Shown here one piece after another: positions 39,079 to 41,471 of a DNA stretch of 41,471 bases; the stretch's first letter is position 1; every line of letters begins with the position of its first letter. Under the pieces are notes generated by a model that was not told the origin of the DNA, did not search any database, and worked only from the letters and a program-made list of their open reading frames with translations. Location: assembly GCA_019058015.1 (NCBI GenBank), contig JAHLWH010000117.1, positions 1-41,471 on the forward strand, read 5' to 3'. Made by a program: the position numbers and the translations under genes. This stretch comes from Promethearchaeota archaeon (lineage in GTDB: Archaea > Asgardarchaeota > Lokiarchaeia > Sigyniarchaeales > SOKP01).

Positions 39079-39101
39079 GATCCTATTCTCTCCTTAATTA
39101 T

Positions 39102-40136
39102 TTATTTTATAATTAATTCTCCTAACAGCTTTTTAATGTCAAAATGCTTTTTGTAGTCTTCAATAACTAATGCTTTTTTAATAGTTTGGTTTAATTTATT
39201 TGCGTACTGAGGTATTATCAACCTGAGTAGACCTAATTTATATTTTCCTTTATCAATAAGAGAACTAAAAATTCCTTTATCAAGACCATAAATAAATTGA
39301 AAATTGGTTTCACAATCTAAAAGAATTGTATTAATTTGCATTTTTTTCAACAACCAAGCGCATCTATTTGAGGTTTGAAATAATGAGTAACTCATAGCTG
39401 CAACTGTTTCAAGTGGATTATACCAAAAAATTTCTTTTTTTATAATTTTTGAAGCTATAAAACCACCTTCTAGCGTAAGAAAAGAACATCTTAAATCAGG
39501 TATCGAAAAAGAAAAAGTTTTTAAAATTTGATCTAATTGATAAGAATCCTTTTCAGAAAACCCTAATGAATAAGCTGATAATTTGAAATCTCTTGAAAAA
39601 TCTTCTTTTACATCGAATTCTTCCATCATCTTCTTTATTTGTTCGTTGTTAAACTCAATTAAAGGTGGTTTGAAAGATTCACCTGAAGTAATCAACGTTC
39701 GTTTAATTTTCATAAGACTATCTCCTGTTTGTAAAAATATGCTTCCAAGATTTACTGTTGGAAGTGTAGTAATTGCTATAAAAAACTCATTATCATTTTC
39801 AAAAATACCTTGTTCTTCTAAAATTTTATTAAGTGGAGAATCATATGAGTTTTTAAGTGGAGCGATTAAAATTTTTGCCTTTTTCCCCTCAATTAATATA
39901 TATTTTAGTTCTTTTGGATGTAAATGAATACCGATATTATAAATTGCACTTGTGGCTGCAGAAACGCCAAAAATTTCGTCTTTTGAAAACCAAACCCCAC
40001 TTGATTGAATGGGATTACCATCTCTCTGAGTTAAGACAACATTTTCTACTCCCTTCAAATTTTTAATTTGATCTAAATGCTTTCCTATTCTTTCTCTAAT
40101 CGTCATTAAATAACCTAAAAATTGGAATTTATCCAT
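39102..40136 (-). CDS. Tandem (double) roadblock/LC7 (MglB-like) protein
   Basis: Two units of helix, beta-beta-(D/G)G, helix, ILI(E/D) strand, GxxxL helix: VVLTQRDGNPI..ILIEG..NLG and SFLTLEGGFI..ILLDC..KLGLLRL. Confidence 0.85.
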   Translation of the reverse strand: MDKFQFLGYLMTIRERIGKHLDQIKNLKGVENVVLTQRDGNPIQSSGVWFSKDEIFGVSAATSAIYNIGIHLHPKELKYILIEGKKAKILIAPLKNSYDSPLNKILEEQGIFENDNEFFIAITTLPTVNLGSIFLQTGDSLMKIKRTLITSGESFKPPLIEFNNEQIKKMMEEFDVKEDFSRDFKLSAYSLGFSEKDSYQLDQILKTFSFSIPDLRCSFLTLEGGFIASKIIKKEIFWYNPLETVAAMSYSLFQTSNRCAWLLKKMQINTILLDCETNFQFIYGLDKGIFSSLIDKGKYKLGLLRLIIPQYANKLNQTIKKALVIEDYKKHFDIKKLLGELIIK

Positions 40137-40448
40137 TTTTTTAAAAATAGATTTTTAAACTCCATTATTTTTAAAACTCGAAATTTCTGGTCTCTAATCT
40201 TAAATAAAATTTATTATTAAAAGCAAAAATTTAAAATATATAGATTGATTATTAATAATGTATTTAAATCGTAAATTAATCGGCGTGAGCTCGGATGACG
40301 GTATAATTTCCAAAAAATGATGGGTTCCTTTCAAATTACGATAAAAAAAATGTGGTTTTAATTTTAAATTAAAACTGAAAAAAGTACAAAAATATAATAA
40401 CATCCGCCAAATAATTTAAAATAGTCTTAAAATCCGATTCCATTTAAT

Positions 40449-41471
<1,023 letters not shown>

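Noticed and set aside
5921-40066. Other short overlapping ORFs (e.g. 5921, 8933, 11406, 13317, 14351, 15079, 17384, 17744, 18304, 18462, 25316, 26887, 36544, 38387, 39583, 39857)
   Set aside because: Antisense or alternate-frame shadows of well-supported genes
40200-40403. 67-aa minus-strand ORF
   Set aside because: Falls in the rRNA promoter/leader region; no coding signal

Overview
AT-rich archaeal chromosomal segment. The 16S rRNA and gene content (MglA-like GTPases, tandem roadblock, DENN-like and V4R proteins, class I LysRS, Cdc6) point to an Asgard archaeon, most likely Lokiarchaeia. Core genes include fba, ABCE1, lysS, Sec11-type signal peptidase, rpl3-rpl4-rpl23, a TFB paralog, MtaB, rps17e and cdc6. 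Several RNA genes not in the ORF track were found by eye: an intron-containing tRNA-Glu(CTC), RNase P RNA, SRP RNA, a complete box C/D guide sRNA and a partial 16S rRNA. The most notable accessory elements are: (i) a 5'-truncated giant protein with five tandem ~55-aa HTH modules, variable in the predicted recognition helix, fused to a putative PD-(D/E)xK nuclease; (ii) a tandem-roadblock / DENN-like / MglA-GTPase operon with a second MglA paralog next to a Flp/Tad pilus locus; (iii) a site-1-protease-like membrane subtilase; (iv) a pair of inverted ORB-like boxes around an AT-rich spacer (candidate oriC); (v) two genes that appear to need non-canonical start codons. All calls are from motif recognition only; no searches were run.
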